NCBI GenBank assembly: GCA_036271295.1 | Contig: DATBAY010000533.1 | Span: 1 to 37,203 of the forward strand | Length of the DNA stretch: 37,203 bases | Direction of reading: 5' to 3' | Source of the DNA: Lacipirellulaceae bacterium | GTDB lineage: Bacteria; Planctomycetota; Planctomycetia; Pirellulales; Lacipirellulaceae | In this document: one piece after another, positions 18,106 through 28,500 of the stretch | Position numbering within the stretch: position 1 is the stretch's first letter | Layout of the letters: each line of letters starts with the position of its first letter | Made by a program: the position numbers and the translations under genes | The notes under the pieces: model-generated | Databases searched by the model: none | Told to the model about the DNA's origin: nothing | The model's input: the letters and a program-made list of their open reading frames with translations, nothing else

Positions 18106-21100
18106 ATGACATTGAGTAAGCTAAGTTCCGCCGTATTGCCGTTAGCGCTCGCGTGCTGCTTTTTTTCACTGTTAAAGGCGGATCCAACCGCGTCCCCCAA
18201 GCCTGTAATATCACTCGAAGCCGAGCTGGCCGCAAAAGCAATTCAAGTGCCCGCTGGCTTCACCTTGAAGACCGTCGCCAGCGAGCCCAATTTGGCGAAT
18301 GGTGTTTCCTTTTGCTTCGACCCGTCCGGTCGAATATTTGTCGCCGAAACCTATCGCGTTGGCAAAGGAATCGAAGACGATCGCTCCCACATGGATTGGC
18401 TGGACGATGATCTCGCCTGCCAAACGGTCGCCGACCGCCGCGCATACCTCATCCGGCATCTCGGCGACAAAGTTCACAAATTTGAAGAAGCCAGCGAGCA
18501 GGTACGCCTTCTGGAAGACCGCGACGGCGACGGCCTCTACGAAACTTCATCGATCTTCTCGACGGGCTACAAGAACATCGAGGATGGAACCGCGGCCGGC
18601 GTGCTTTGGCACAACGACCGTTTACTCTTTACTTGCATACCGTCGCTGTGGGAACTCCGAGATCGTGACGGTGATGGCAAAGCCGAAGAACGCCGCGCGC
18701 TGAGCACCGGCTATGGAGTGCGTACCTCCTTCTACGGCCACGACTTGCACGGCCTCTGCAAGGGACCTGACAGCAGAATCTATTTTTCGATCGGCGACCG
18801 CGGTCTGAACGTTCAAACGCCAAACGGCGTGATTGTAAATACAAATTCGGGCGCCGTGCTCCGCTGTCAGCCAGATGGCAGCCAACTGGAAATCTTCGCA
18901 ACAGGACTACGCAATCCCCAAGAACTCGCATTCAACGAATTCGGCGATCTATTCACGGTCGACAACAACTCCGATTCCGGCGACAAGGCCCGGCTTGTTT
19001 ACATCGTCGAAGGCATGGATGCCGGCTGGCGGATGCCCTATCAGTATTTGTCCGATCGCGGACCGTTCAATCGCGAAAAAATTTGGGAACCGCAAAACGA
19101 TGAGCAACCGGCTTCGATCGTTCCCCCAGTAGCCAACATCACCGATGGCCCCTCTGGATTGGTTCACTACCCAGGCACCGGCCTTCCCAAGACTTACGAT
19201 GGCGCATTCTTCGTCGTTGACTTTCGCGGCGCCCCAGCAACAAGTGGTATCCGTGAGTTCTATACCGAGCAGCAAGGCTCAACGTATCGTCTCACGAAAT
19301 ACAAAACATTTGTCAGCGGCGTGCTCGCGAGCGATTGCGATTTCGGCCCCAATGGCGATTTCTACATTCTCGATTGGGTAGAGGGCTGGGTTGGACCTGG
19401 CAAAGGGCGTATCCACCGCGTGACGTCTGAAGATCCCGACGCCGTTAAACAGCGGGCAGAAATGCAAGCTGCGATGCGGAAAGTGCCTTCCGCATCGGTC
19501 CGTGATCTAATTGCACTGTTAGGGCATCCCAATATGCGGGTGCGTCAGGCTACCCAGGAACGACTTGTCGCAATCGGTGAGGCTGCAACTTCATCATTGA
19601 AAACATTGGTCGCCAATAACGATGCGCCTCTTTTCGCTCGAATCCACGCGATTTGGGCGCTCGGCGAAGTCGCCGAAAATAAGCCAGAGCTTTTCGAGTC
19701 CATCGCCCTTCTCTGCGACGACAAGAATCTAGAAGTGCGAGCCCAGGCTGCCCGAACGCTGGAGCGAGCTGCGAAGAGCAGCGAAGATGCACGCCAACAC
19801 TTGGGCCATTCGCTAATACCTCTGCTCGCAGACGCGTCGCCGCGAGTTCGTTCCTTTGCCGCAATCTCGCTCGGAAAGTTGCGCGATACGCACGCTGCGA
19901 CACCGCTGATGCAAATGGCCGCCAAAGATGGCAATGACCCGGTTCTGCGCCATGCCATCGCGAGGGCGCTTTCCGCCGTTCAATCCGATGCCGACCTCGC
20001 CGCGGCTGCCACCGGCGCAAATGACGCCGAGCGACTTGTTCTCGTAGTCGCATTAGGAAAACAAAAATCTCCGTTGGTCGCTAAATTCTTGAAAGATTCC
20101 TCCGATCGCATCGTGCTCGAGGCCGCGCGCATCATTTGGGATACTCCGATTCCAACGGCAAGCGCTCAACTGGCAGCGCTGATCGATCAAGTTCCACCAA
20201 CTTCCGATCCGCTTGCCAGGCGAGTCTTGGCCGCGAATATTTCCGGGCGATCGCCAGATAACCTGCGCGCAATCATCCGCTTCGCTTATCAGCCTCAGAT
20301 GAGCGACACGCTGCGAGATTTGGCGTGGAACCAAGTTCGCACGTGGGCCGCACCATCGTCGCGCGATTCAGTAGACGGAGACTGGCGGCCACTCGAAGCT
20401 CGCCCAAAGACGGACGTCGTAAACGCCCTGCGCGAAGCGATGCCGAAACTCACAGAAGTTGCCGCAACGAATCCCGGCGGTTTAATCCTGGCCGCCGAGT
20501 TCGAAATCGAAGACGCCTACCATCCGCTCCTCGCCGTCCTCGCGAACGATGCACAACCCGAAGCCACGCGGGCTACCGCACTCTCCGCATTCGCAAAGGC
20601 TCCTGATTCAATCGCCCATCAAGCAATTGAGACCGGCCTCAAATCACCCCACGAGTCCGTTCGTGTTGCAGCGCGCAAGTTGTGGGCCGACCGCTTTCCT
20701 TCGGAGGTTGTCGATCAGCTGCAAGAAACGCTCGATTCTGGCGTCGTTCATGAGCGTCAATCTGCTCTCGATACGCTCGCTGGGCTCCGTACGCCGCCGG
20801 CAAATGCTGTAGTCGAGAATTGGCTTGAGCGATTGGAACGCGGGGAGTGTCCTGCCGCGCTTCAAATTGAAGTACTCGATGCGGCCGCAAAATCCAACGA
20901 TGCTCATTTGGTGGAGCGTCAAAAACAGTTCGTCGAGAAGCTCGCTGGCGAAGGCCCCCTCAAAAAGTTCTCCGGATGCTTGGACGGCGGCGACGCCGAG
21001 CGCGGGCGCAAGATTTTTGATACAAACGATAAGCTCGCGTGCCGCCGCTGTCATTCGACGAAGCCGGGCGAAACGCTGGTTGGACCGTGCCTGGCAAACG

Positions 21101-21444
21101 TCGGCGGTCAACGCAAAGCGGAAGAGATTCTCGAATCCATCGTGCTCCCCAACGCCAAGATCTGCGAAGGTTTTGATACGGCAGTCCTCCAACTCGATTC
21201 GGGAAAGGTCGTCACAGGCATCATTCGGCATGAAACCGCTTCGAAAATCGAACTCGTGGATGCCGCAGCGAAAACAGTCATCGTCGATCCATCGACGGTC
21301 GAAAGCCGAGTCAAAGGCAAGTCGGCCATGCCCGAGAATCTGATCGACCAAATGACGCAGCGCGAACTGCGCGATCTGGTGGCGTTTCTATCGCAGTTGA
21401 AAACCAGCGAACCGACCGCCACGTCGAATTCCGGCGCCAAGTGA
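18106..21444 (+). CDS. Secreted fusion protein: dehydrogenase-like beta-propeller + HEAT repeats + C-terminal c-type cytochrome domain (Pirellula/Verrucomicrobium type)
   Basis: The track ORF starts at TTG 18088. The ATG at 18106 gives MTLSKLSSAVLPLALACCFFSLLKA (signal). The N-terminal part (FTLKTVASEPNLANGVSFCFDPSGRIFVAE...DRDGDG...) matches the putative membrane-bound dehydrogenase domain family. HEAT-like repeats follow (HPNMRVRQATQERLVAIG, LEVRAQAARTLERA, ASPRVRSFAAISLGKLRD). The C-terminal domain has CRRCH (21040-21054) and a downstream KSAMP. Confidence 0.9.
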   Translation: MTLSKLSSAVLPLALACCFFSLLKADPTASPKPVISLEAELAAKAIQVPAGFTLKTVASEPNLANGVSFCFDPSGRIFVAETYRVGKGIEDDRSHMDWLDDDLACQTVADRRAYLIRHLGDKVHKFEEASEQVRLLEDRDGDGLYETSSIFSTGYKNIEDGTAAGVLWHNDRLLFTCIPSLWELRDRDGDGKAEERRALSTGYGVRTSFYGHDLHGLCKGPDSRIYFSIGDRGLNVQTPNGVIVNTNSGAVLRCQPDGSQLEIFATGLRNPQELAFNEFGDLFTVDNNSDSGDKARLVYIVEGMDAGWRMPYQYLSDRGPFNREKIWEPQNDEQPASIVPPVANITDGPSGLVHYPGTGLPKTYDGAFFVVDFRGAPATSGIREFYTEQQGSTYRLTKYKTFVSGVLASDCDFGPNGDFYILDWVEGWVGPGKGRIHRVTSEDPDAVKQRAEMQAAMRKVPSASVRDLIALLGHPNMRVRQATQERLVAIGEAATSSLKTLVANNDAPLFARIHAIWALGEVAENKPELFESIALLCDDKNLEVRAQAARTLERAAKSSEDARQHLGHSLIPLLADASPRVRSFAAISLGKLRDTHAATPLMQMAAKDGNDPVLRHAIARALSAVQSDADLAAAATGANDAERLVLVVALGKQKSPLVAKFLKDSSDRIVLEAARIIWDTPIPTASAQLAALIDQVPPTSDPLARRVLAANISGRSPDNLRAIIRFAYQPQMSDTLRDLAWNQVRTWAAPSSRDSVDGDWRPLEARPKTDVVNALREAMPKLTEVAATNPGGLILAAEFEIEDAYHPLLAVLANDAQPEATRATALSAFAKAPDSIAHQAIETGLKSPHESVRVAARKLWADRFPSEVVDQLQETLDSGVVHERQSALDTLAGLRTPPANAVVENWLERLERGECPAALQIEVLDAAAKSNDAHLVERQKQFVEKLAGEGPLKKFSGCLDGGDAERGRKIFDTNDKLACRRCHSTKPGETLVGPCLANVGGQRKAEEILESIVLPNAKICEGFDTAVLQLDSGKVVTGIIRHETASKIELVDAAAKTVIVDPSTVESRVKGKSAMPENLIDQMTQRELRDLVAFLSQLKTSEPTATSNSGAK

Positions 21445-21481
21445 ATCGCTCCACTTGCCGCTGATTGTTAGCCGCGATGAC

Positions 21482-22948
21482 CTAGTGCGATTCGTCCGCG
21501 AGCGGCGTCGTATCTGCCTGGAATTTGTACTCCCATTCATCGAAGTACAAATTATGCCCATCGATCTCGATCTCGCCGCGCTGAAAATCGGTCGGTTCAC
21601 TGCGGAAGCTGGTCTTCGGCGGCTCCAACTCGCGCCCGTAGTCAAGATTCACGATCAAGCGATAAGGATCGATATGCCCACAAAAAAAGTCGCGTACCCG
21701 CGGATCGGAATGATCGCGAACTCCATAGGAAGCATCGGCCGGCAACCAACCCCACGGTTCAATGTAAATCTCTGACCAGTCATGCATGTTGAGATCGCCC
21801 GGCTTCGTTTGCCAGCCAGACTGCCAGCGTGCCGGAATGCCCGCCGCTCGGCACAGCGTAATAAAACTCGTTCCCTGCACACCGCAATCGCCGCGGCGAG
21901 CGGTAAGACCTTTCACCGACAAGCTCGGAATAATGCAGTATTCATTCTCCGCGCACCACGGAACGTTTTTCGATATCCAACGAAAGACCCGTCGCGCTTT
22001 CTCCAGCGGATTCTGCTCGTCGCCGATAATCTCTTTCGCAAGTTGCTTCACTTCCGGCGTGAACACAATATGCGGCGGCCGCTCGGCCGTAAACTCGCGA
22101 TAGATATCGCCGTTCGTGTCGTACGGCTTTACCTTGGCCGGATCGAGCTTCGGGCAATACGCACTCGTCAGATAATCGAACACGATCTTGAAGTGCGGTG
22201 CTTTGCTCGCGTCTGAAATCGTTTGCTCGAAATAAATCGTCCGCTGCGGAGCATCCTTCGAAGCAATCTTTCCATCGGGCGGATCGCTGCTGATGAGTTT
22301 CACATCATGCTGCTGGCGATATTCCTGCGGAAACGGCAACCACGCGCGAACCTGTGCGCCGGGCTTCACCCGAGGATTGTTGTCACGCACCGTGAGCTCG
22401 TAAGTAATGTGATGCTTCACCGGATAAACCATCGGGTCGCTCGAAGCCGCCGACAGCTTCACCAGTTTTTCCACGAGCGCGGTCGTGTTGAAGTCCTTCT
22501 TCGCTTCAATATGCTGCTGCCGTTGCTTCGCCTCTTTGCTGAAACGAAACAAGTTCGGCACCGCCCGCGAAAAATAGCGCGGCTCACCATCGATCATTCG
22601 AAAATTCAGGTTCCCCTCTTTCCGCCAACGCTCGACGTCGTCTTTGGTCGCATCGGGCACACTCTTCTGAATTTCCACGAACACCTGTTCGTTCGTCAGC
22701 GGGAAGTCCTGCCGAGTGCGGCGTAAAACCTCCAACTGGATTGCCGCTTCGTCGTTGGTGATCGGAGCGTCCGGATTCGCAATCTGTGACTTCAGCAGCT
22801 TTTCCGCTTCGGAGAACTTCCCGGCAGAAATCAGCTTGTCGACTTGCGACTTCTGACTTGGCTCAGATTGCTTCGCACCTAGTGAACACATGACGAACAC
22901 CGCACCCACGAAAAACACGGTAGCCGGACTAATAGCTCGAACGGACAT
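21482..22948 (-). CDS. Secreted transglutaminase-like (papain-fold Cys-His-Asp) domain protein
   Basis: The track ORF is 21482-23038. I prefer the ATG at 22948 (MSVRAISPATVFFVGAVFVMCSLGA). The core motif is RRGDCGVQGTSFITLCRAAGIPARWQSGW, followed by HDWSEIY, and the N-terminal region is helical. Confidence 0.8.
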   Translation of the reverse strand: MSVRAISPATVFFVGAVFVMCSLGAKQSEPSQKSQVDKLISAGKFSEAEKLLKSQIANPDAPITNDEAAIQLEVLRRTRQDFPLTNEQVFVEIQKSVPDATKDDVERWRKEGNLNFRMIDGEPRYFSRAVPNLFRFSKEAKQRQQHIEAKKDFNTTALVEKLVKLSAASSDPMVYPVKHHITYELTVRDNNPRVKPGAQVRAWLPFPQEYRQQHDVKLISSDPPDGKIASKDAPQRTIYFEQTISDASKAPHFKIVFDYLTSAYCPKLDPAKVKPYDTNGDIYREFTAERPPHIVFTPEVKQLAKEIIGDEQNPLEKARRVFRWISKNVPWCAENEYCIIPSLSVKGLTARRGDCGVQGTSFITLCRAAGIPARWQSGWQTKPGDLNMHDWSEIYIEPWGWLPADASYGVRDHSDPRVRDFFCGHIDPYRLIVNLDYGRELEPPKTSFRSEPTDFQRGEIEIDGHNLYFDEWEYKFQADTTPLADESH

Positions 22949-23133
22949 TGTCAGCCCCAACAGATTTAGGAGAAACTCAAATGGCTGTCTGACTAGCATA
23001 CGGCACGCCGACTCCGCTGAAAAGCAATTCGGCCACAACCGTCCGGCGAAACGACGGCCAGCCGCCTTCCAAGTACAATCGTTACCAGCCGTCCGGCGAT
23101 CCTTTTTCTTAAAGCTCGGAGCGAACGACGTAT

Positions 23134-24030
23134 ATGATAAAGGCCCTCCTGCCCCTTGCGATTACAATCACGGCCGTTTGGTGGAATGCCGCCTCGCTAG
23201 CCGATGAGAACGCCGGCGGTGTGGCGCGGGGCGCAGCCTTGCATCATTCCTACGGAACTTACGCCGGCGAACTACGCACCGCCAACGGCCACATGGACGA
23301 CGCCCGGCTCCTCACCGAACTCGGCGAATTGCACGCCAACACCTACAACTGGCTGATTTCCCGTGCCAACACCGACTGGGAAGATCTGCACAAATTTTTG
23401 CCGCTCGCAAAGACGCATAACATAAGAGTGTGGGTTACACTCTTACCGCCCTCCGAATCGGCCCCGAAAACCAAGCACAACTCCGAGCCATACCGACTGG
23501 ACTACGAACGCTGGGCGGCCGAACTCGCCGAACTCGCCTCTCGCGAGCCGGCCCTCGTCGCTTGGAGCATCGACGACTACGCCTACAACCTAAAAACGTT
23601 TACGCCCGATTACATGGAGAAAGTCATCGCCGCCCAACGTGCAAAGAATCCGAACTTCGCCTTCGTTCCGTGCGTCTACTACAAACAGGCAACTCCCACG
23701 TTTGCAGAACGCTACAAAAAGTTTTGTGACGGTATTCTGTTTCCCTATCGCAGCGAATCAACGACCGCTGGCTTCCAAGACGCCGAGTCCGTCGTTCCCG
23801 AAGTGAAATCACTGAAGCAGCTGTTTGGCGAAGACTTCCCCATCATCGTCGACATTTACGCGACCAAACATAGTCGCCTAGGTCCGTCCACGCCGGAGTA
23901 TGTCGAACAAGTAATGGAACTCGCCCAGCCAGTCGCAGATGGCATCCACATTTACCGCCATCAAAACAAGCTCGATCCCAACGAGCGGCCGAAGTTTGAC
24001 ATCATCCAACGCGTGATGAGCTCGTGGTAG
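23134..24030 (+). CDS. Hypothetical secreted protein, possibly TIM-barrel glycosidase-like
   Basis: 298-aa ORF with a signal peptide (MIKALLPLAITITAVWWNAASLA). The alternating pattern (IRVWVTLLPPSE, LVAWSIDDYAYN, FPIIVDIYA) suggests a beta/alpha barrel. I recognise no family, so the functional label is weak. Confidence 0.5.
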   Translation: MIKALLPLAITITAVWWNAASLADENAGGVARGAALHHSYGTYAGELRTANGHMDDARLLTELGELHANTYNWLISRANTDWEDLHKFLPLAKTHNIRVWVTLLPPSESAPKTKHNSEPYRLDYERWAAELAELASREPALVAWSIDDYAYNLKTFTPDYMEKVIAAQRAKNPNFAFVPCVYYKQATPTFAERYKKFCDGILFPYRSESTTAGFQDAESVVPEVKSLKQLFGEDFPIIVDIYATKHSRLGPSTPEYVEQVMELAQPVADGIHIYRHQNKLDPNERPKFDIIQRVMSSW

Positions 24031-24051
24031 CGCCGCTTGTCCACCACGAGT
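24022..24051. terminator. Hairpin between convergent genes (8-bp stem CTCGTGGT / ACCACGAG, 14-nt loop); possible bidirectional terminator
   Basis: Read directly: arms at 24022-24029 and 24044-24051. It overlaps the TAG stop of the 23134-24030 gene and sits just before the stop of the convergent DUF1501 gene (24062). There is no U-tract on either strand, so function is uncertain. Confidence 0.2.
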
Positions 24052-24061
24052 GATGCGTCGG

Positions 24062-25495
24062 CTACGCGATGATCTCTGTAACGACGCGCGCCGGCTCGAC
24101 GCCAATCAGCCGCTGGTCGAGTCCTTGAAACTTATAAGAGAATGTAAGCGGATCGAACCCAAGCTGGTGCAGGATCGTCGCATGAAGATCGTGCACATGC
24201 ACCCGATTCTTGGTGGCGTTAAATCCGAAATCGTCACTCTCACCAATGGTCACGCCCGGCTTGATGCCGCCACCAGCCAGCCACATCGTAAAACAGTTCG
24301 GGTGATGGTCGCGGCCATCGTTACCGCCCCCTTGGACCATCGGCGTGCGGCCAAACTCGCCGCCCCAAACGACCAGTGTTTCATCCAGAAGACCACGCTG
24401 CTTGAGATCTTTAATTAGCGCCGCGCACGCCCGATCGGTCGTGGCGCAATTTTCCTTGATGTCGTGCGTAAGATTGCCGTGCTGATCCCAAGCCTCGTGA
24501 AAAATCTCCACGCACCGCACGCCGCGCTCCACCAAACGCCGAGCCAACAAACACGTGGCCGCGAACGAAGGCTTTCCGGGCTCCGCACCGTACATTTTGA
24601 GAACGTGCTCGGGCTCGCGCGAAATATCAATCGCATCCGGGGCCTCGGCCTGCATGCGATACGCCATCTCGAACGAATTGATCCGCGTCGCAATCTCCGG
24701 ATCGCCCACCTCGGCCAAGTGCTGACGATTAAGCGCGTTTACAGTATTGAGCGAATCCCGCTGCAGCTCACGATCGACGCCAGCCGGATTCGATAAATAC
24801 AACACGGGGTCGCCGCTCGTCCGAAACGTTACGCCTTGGTAAACCGTCGGCAAGAACCCGCTGCCCCAATTCGAATTGCCGCCGCTAGGCCCCTTCTTAC
24901 CGGTGCTGAAGACCACAAACCCCGGCAAGTTCTGCGTTTCGCTGCCCAAACCATAGAGCGTCCACGCGCCGAGGCTCGGCTTGCCGAACTGCTGCGAGCC
25001 CGTGCTCATCAGCATTTGGCCAGGCGCGTGGTTGAACGCGTCCGTCACCATCGATTTTACGATCGCGATATCGTCCACCACTTCGCCCAGGTGCGGCAAC
25101 AGTTCGGAAAGCTCTGCACCGCATTGGCCGTGCCTGGCAAATTTGAACTTCGGCCCCAGCAGTTTCGAATTCGGGTTGATGAACGCGGCCCGATAACCTT
25201 TCAGTAATTCGGCCGGCGGCAACGTGCCGTCGAACTTCGCAAGCTGCGGCTTGTTGTCGAACAGTTCTAAATGGCTCGGAGCGCCGGCCATGAACAGGAA
25301 TATAACGCTCTTCGCGCGCTGCCGAATCGGCGACGGTTTCACTGCCAGCGGATCCGCCGCGGCCCGCGCTGCGCTGACTCCCGCCAGCTGCCCCAGCGCA
25401 ATCGCTCCCAAACCGACGCCACATTCCTTCAGGAACCAACGTCGTGCCAGCGCTTCTGGCCGGATGTTCGCGTAGAGATGATCTTGGCAGCTCAT
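24062..25495 (-). CDS. DUF1501 family protein with Tat-type signal
   Basis: The track ORF starts at TTG 25516. The ATG at 25495 gives MSCQDHLYANIRPEALARRWFLKECGVGLGAIALGQLAG (RR motif). The whole length is colinear with the other two DUF1501 copies (SVIFLFMAGAPSHLELFD, GGEFGRTP, DHHPNCF, HVHDLHATILHQLG). Confidence 0.9.
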   Translation of the reverse strand: MSCQDHLYANIRPEALARRWFLKECGVGLGAIALGQLAGVSAARAAADPLAVKPSPIRQRAKSVIFLFMAGAPSHLELFDNKPQLAKFDGTLPPAELLKGYRAAFINPNSKLLGPKFKFARHGQCGAELSELLPHLGEVVDDIAIVKSMVTDAFNHAPGQMLMSTGSQQFGKPSLGAWTLYGLGSETQNLPGFVVFSTGKKGPSGGNSNWGSGFLPTVYQGVTFRTSGDPVLYLSNPAGVDRELQRDSLNTVNALNRQHLAEVGDPEIATRINSFEMAYRMQAEAPDAIDISREPEHVLKMYGAEPGKPSFAATCLLARRLVERGVRCVEIFHEAWDQHGNLTHDIKENCATTDRACAALIKDLKQRGLLDETLVVWGGEFGRTPMVQGGGNDGRDHHPNCFTMWLAGGGIKPGVTIGESDDFGFNATKNRVHVHDLHATILHQLGFDPLTFSYKFQGLDQRLIGVEPARVVTEIIA

Positions 25496-25525
25496 GATCG
25501 GTCCATCTTCCCGCAACGATTGTTG

Positions 25526-28500
25526 TCACTCGTTCGTAATTGTCTCGTCCAAATTCAAAATCACACGCGCCACCGCCGTCCACGAAGCCAATTCGCCCGG
25601 CGAAACTCCGTTCGGCATTTTCATGGCAAGCTTCTGTTTACCCTGTTCACCATCGGCCAAAAGCGGCCACGGATCTTCACCAGAACTTGTGAATCGCTGC
25701 CGCTCTTGATTCAGAAAATCCTCAAGCACGCGCAGCTCCTGACCGTGTGGCTCGCGCGAAACGCAGCGCTTCATCGCAGCATCAATCCGATCCTCGTCCG
25801 TCGGCGCAGCATTTCGCAGAACCGTCAAAGTCAACGCTCGCGCACACTCGACGAAAATCGGCTCGTTCAGCGTCGTTAGCGCTTGCAACGGCGTATTGGA
25901 TCGCGCCCGACGAGCACAGGCGACCTCGCCCACCGGCGCATCGAAATTCTGCAGCATCGGATACGGCACGGATCGGAATCGGAACGTGTAAAGACCCCGA
26001 CGATAACGATCGGGCCCAGTTGCAACTTTCCAGGTCTTCGGTCCGTAGCTTGCCGGCGGTTTGAACAGGAATTCCGGAGCCGGCGGAAAAACACTCGGGC
26101 CGCCTATTTTGTCATCCAGCAAACTACTAGCCGAAAGCGCGACATCCCGCACAATCTCCGCGTCAACGCGGAATCGCGGGCCGCGCGCGAGTAAACGATT
26201 ATCGGGATCTTGCTCCAGCAGTTGTGGCGTAACTGCGCTCGATTGCTGATAAGTCGCCGATGTGACAATCAGGCGGTGAATATGCTTGAGGCTCCAATTG
26301 TGATCCATCAACTCGACGGCCAACCAATCGAGCAATTCCCGATTCGAAGGCGGATCGCCTTGCATCCCGAAATCTTCCGGCGTGGCGACCAATCCTTTGC
26401 CAAAATACGCCTGCCAAATGCGATTCACAATCGATCGCGCCGTCGTCGGTGAACGCCGATCGACCAGCCATTTCGCAAAATCTAGCCGAGTCGGAGGCTG
26501 ATCGCTCTTCGCCGACTTTTCGAGCGGATGCAGAAACGCCGGCACGCCGCGTTCCACTGCCTCGGCCGGTGCGAGAAAGTTCCCTCGCTCTAACCGATGC
26601 GTCGTTCGCATCTTCCCACGTTCGGTTAGAGTGAGCTGCGTCGTCCCCTGCGGATGGCTCTGCCACAGTGCCTCGATCCGTCGGTTCTGCTCTTCCCACT
26701 CAGGAACGGTTGTCCGCCAATACTCGAAGACCTTTTGCGTTTCCTCGGCCGTTCGCTGCTCAGGACCGCGATCCACAATCGCCCGCACGTCACTCGGAAG
26801 CGGGTCGGCAACCGCGTTGTCGGCCGACGTCACTGCAAATCGGAAACGCCCCAAATTATTCGTTTGGTTGTCGTCACTGTTCCAACCACCATGATCCTGC
26901 ACCAGCTTGAACGTAAGCCGCACACCTCCGGCCGACTCAATCGGCTTATCGAATTCGAACACAGCCTTGCGCGGCACGTTACTGCGTTCGGGACCAATGT
27001 TGATTCCCCAAGCCGTAAGATTGTTCCCATCCGTCGCAAACTCGATGGGCCCCGTCACTCGGCGCTTGCCGCTTCGATCTTCGAACGCTTTCTCTAACTC
27101 GCGTTCCGGTGGATTCACATCCGCAGTGGCTTTCGCAATTTGAAGATTACGCTTTTTCTCGGGATGATCGAGCGGCGCCGCCTCGACATTAAACTCCGTC
27201 AACGCGCACGTCCCGAAGATCGACCGCCCCGGCCCGCCATGAGGCAGGCTCGGATCATTCATCAACTCCAGCCGCACCGCAGAAACGCGCGGCAACTTCG
27301 TCTCGCAAGTAAACTCCGTCGAAAATTTTGTCGGCGCATAACCGGCCGCCAAAATCGAACCGTCGTCCAACACATAATGCTTTTGATCGCCGGATGCTTC
27401 TTCCGGTGGACTGACGACCGTCCAGGTCGGCTGATTCTTGCGGACCGTCTTCTCCCACTCCGCCATGCGCTGCTGCCAGTCAGGACTGTCCGCTTGAAGC
27501 TGATCCTCGATCCGCCGAATGACATCCCCAGTCGCCTGCCATTCGCTTTGCTGCTCAGCAGTGTAGACGCTCGTCTGCGACTCATAGCAGTTATTGAGGA
27601 ATGCAAACATCTGGTAGTACTCGGTCTGCGTCAGCGGATCGTACTTGTGGGTATGACACTGCGCGCACTGAATCGTGATCCCCAAAACACCCTTGCCGAT
27701 CGCGTCCATCCGGTCGTACATCGCTTCCATTCGGAACTGCTCAGGATCAATGCCGCCCTCTTCATTGATCATGGAATTCCGCAGAAAGCCCGTCGCGACC
27801 TTGTCGTCCTGCGTCGCGTGCGGCAACAAGTCACCCGCGATCTGGTCGATAACGAATTTGTCGTACGGCAAATCCTGATTCAGCGCATTGATCACCCAAT
27901 CGCGATACATCCATACGAAGCGTGGCTTGTCCTTCTCAAAACCATCGGAGTCGGCATAGCGAGCGACGTCCAACCATACCCGGCCCCAACGCTCACCAAA
28001 ATGTGGCGACGCCAGCAACCGCTCGACCGCATCCTCGTAACCGTTCCCACTCGCATGCGATTCGAATTCTTTAAGCTCATCCAGCGTCGGCGGCAAACCA
28101 ACGATGTCCAAAGACAACCGCCGAATAAGCGTCGAAGTTGCCGCCCGCGGCGAGGGCTCGAGCCCCTCCTTCTCAAGCTTCGCAAGTACGAACGCATCGA
28201 TCGGATTGCGGACCCAGCCCGAATTCTTAACCGCGGGCACCGCCGGCCGCTGCGGCGCAACGTACGCCCAATGCGGCTCGTACTTCGCGCCATTCTCGAC
28301 CCACGTTCGCAGCGTTTTGATTTGCTCCGGCCGCAGCGTCTTTCCCGAGTCCTGCGGCGGCATCCGCTCATCCGGATCGTCGCTCGTAATCCGCTTAACT
28401 AACTCACTGTCGCCCGGGTGATCCGCATCGATGACAGCTTCAGCGCCGTGCATCTTCCCCACGCTTTTCCAAACATCCAAGCGTAAGTCCGCTTCGCGAT

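Noticed and set aside
20644-21351. 235-aa minus-strand ORF, and similar 190-215-aa antisense ORFs (1538-2164, 8037-8645, 9739-10353, 13035-13625, 25271-25879, 29182-29829, 31437-32009, 34103-34723)
   Set aside because: Each is nested antisense inside a gene with strong family motifs. All have Arg-rich, motif-free translations. I treat them as shadow ORFs rather than overlapping genes.
27140-28402. 420-aa ORF on the plus strand, the longest unexplained ORF in the track
   Set aside because: It lies entirely antisense to the well-supported DUF1549/DUF1553 gene. Its translation is Arg/Leu/Pro-rich low-information sequence (RRRLDIKLRQRARPEDRPPRPAMRQ...) with no motifs. This is the typical shadow ORF of a GC-rich coding region.
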